Assembly (NCBI GenBank): GCA_037142615.1
Contig: JBAXAI010000016.1
Coordinates: 463 to 64,462 of the forward strand
DNA length: 64,000 bases
From: Spirochaetales bacterium
Lineage (GTDB): Bacteria; Spirochaetota; Spirochaetia; JABEVK01
Direction: 5' to 3'
The stretch's first letter is position 1; every line of letters begins with the position of its first letter. Positions 63,253-64,000 of this stretch are shown here, one piece after another. Position numbers and translations under genes: made by a program. The notes under the pieces were generated by a model that saw nothing but the letters and a program-made list of their open reading frames with translations, had not been told where the DNA came from and searched no databases.

Positions 63253-64000
63253 AGCGCACCCTGCTGGCTCTCTTCGTAACGCTCCTCGCCGTCTTGACCG
63301 TGGCGTCCGCAGGCCTGTCGGCCCAAGAACCGATGGTTCCCTCCGTTTTCGTTGTTACAGACCCCATGGCCGCCAGTCTGCGCCTCGACGACCAACCGCG
63401 GGCCGAAACGACCCCGGTGTTGTTGCGGGGCCTCAAACCGGGCAACCACAAGCTCGTGGTGTTCAAGGAAGGCTTTCAGGCGTCGCACCTCGAGTTCACC
63501 GTGACCGAGGGCAAGACGACCGTGGTTACCGTTCCCCTGGCACCCGATTCCATCGTCGCGGTGTTTCCGGCCAACCCCCAGTTCGAGGTGGCGGGGGCCA
63601 GTCGCGGTACGTCGGGGCTGCAGTTCCGGCTACCTGCAGGGCGCTACGACCTGGCCACGAGAGGAACTACCGTGGGGGCCCAACCCGTGTTCGGCGACGA
63701 GGCGCTGCTGACCCTGGCCCCGTGGTTGGGCGCCGGCCTGGCGACCGTTGCAGCCGGTTCCGCCGCCATTGACCTGTACCTGATGAGCCAAAACTCCGGC
63801 GGCGTCACGCCGTTCACGCCTGTCCTTTGGGTGTCGCTGGGTGTCGAACTGGCGTGGCACTGGGCCCTGGCCGACCGTCACGCCCGCTGGGAAAAAACCA
63901 AACTGCCGACCTTCGCTCCGGTGGCGCAGGAAGGGGCCGAAAAGGCCGAGTTTGCAGGGCCTCTGGCCGAGCGGGCCGCCCAATTGCTGGCCGACGGCGA
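63249..64000 (+). CDS. PEGA-domain protein with signal peptide, 3'-partial (runs off the window)
   Basis: Not in the ORF track because there is no stop. My translation from ATG-63249 (ATGA overlap with apbE) is MKRTLLALFVTLLAVLTVASAGLSAQ...ASLRLDDQPRAETTPVLLRGLKPGNHKLVVFKEGFQ (PEGA pattern). The frame is open to position 64000. Confidence 0.6.
   Translation, partial: MKRTLLALFVTLLAVLTVASAGLSAQEPMVPSVFVVTDPMAASLRLDDQPRAETTPVLLRGLKPGNHKLVVFKEGFQASHLEFTVTEGKTTVVTVPLAPDSIVAVFPANPQFEVAGASRGTSGLQFRLPAGRYDLATRGTTVGAQPVFGDEALLTLAPWLGAGLATVAAGSAAIDLYLMSQNSGGVTPFTPVLWVSLGVELAWHWALADRHARWEKTKLPTFAPVAQEGAEKAEFAGPLAERAAQLLADG

Overview
GC-rich (by eye about 60-65% G+C) bacterial chromosomal segment. It is densely coding, with about 54 protein genes. 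Many are translationally coupled through ATGA or other overlapping stop/start codons. I saw no rRNA, tRNA, CRISPR array, transposase or integrase. Taxonomic origin cannot be fixed from the sequence alone. Gene order, left to right:
- An operon-like trio: an unknown protein, an Rnl5/DraRnl-type RNA ligase and a HIRAN-domain protein (cut by the window edge).
- Transketolase, envelope and TPR proteins, a DHH phosphoesterase and TraB.
- A LacI regulator next to a malQ + giant GH13 glucan operon.
- A bifunctional nuclease, malic enzyme, GGDEF, purQ and an unusually long purL.
- An Hpt/REC/CheY cluster and sodA.
- A large carbohydrate locus (28.1-44.5 kb): CUT1-type ABC transporter, GH28-like protein, two GH130 mannoside phosphorylases, cellobiose/mannobiose 2-epimerase, LacI, then a glycyl-radical enzyme + activase + DUF4434-like gene, a Gfo/Idh/MocA + TIM-barrel pair and AraC.
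- A secreted MBL nuclease-like protein, a 1251-aa tandem-cyclase/STAND/TPR protein, a HisKA-like-REC-PP2C phosphatase with TetR, nadE, a DAACS-like symporter and an Hpt protein.
- A DUF1538 + P-II-like module, a polyprenyl synthase-rhomboid operon, rlmE, apbE and a PEGA protein running off the end.

Most noteworthy observations:
- An orphan glycyl-radical enzyme system appears to be wired, through a shared GAAACCGGTTTC operator, into a beta-mannoside regulon.
- The RNA ligase/HIRAN cassette.
- A fused double-DUF1538 gene interrupted by one in-frame TGA that aligns with a Gly in its own internal repeat.
- A 330-bp structured non-coding region with nested inverted repeats and a tandem 26-nt hairpin repeat.

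All calls rest on motif recognition by eye in the supplied translations. No database search was run.
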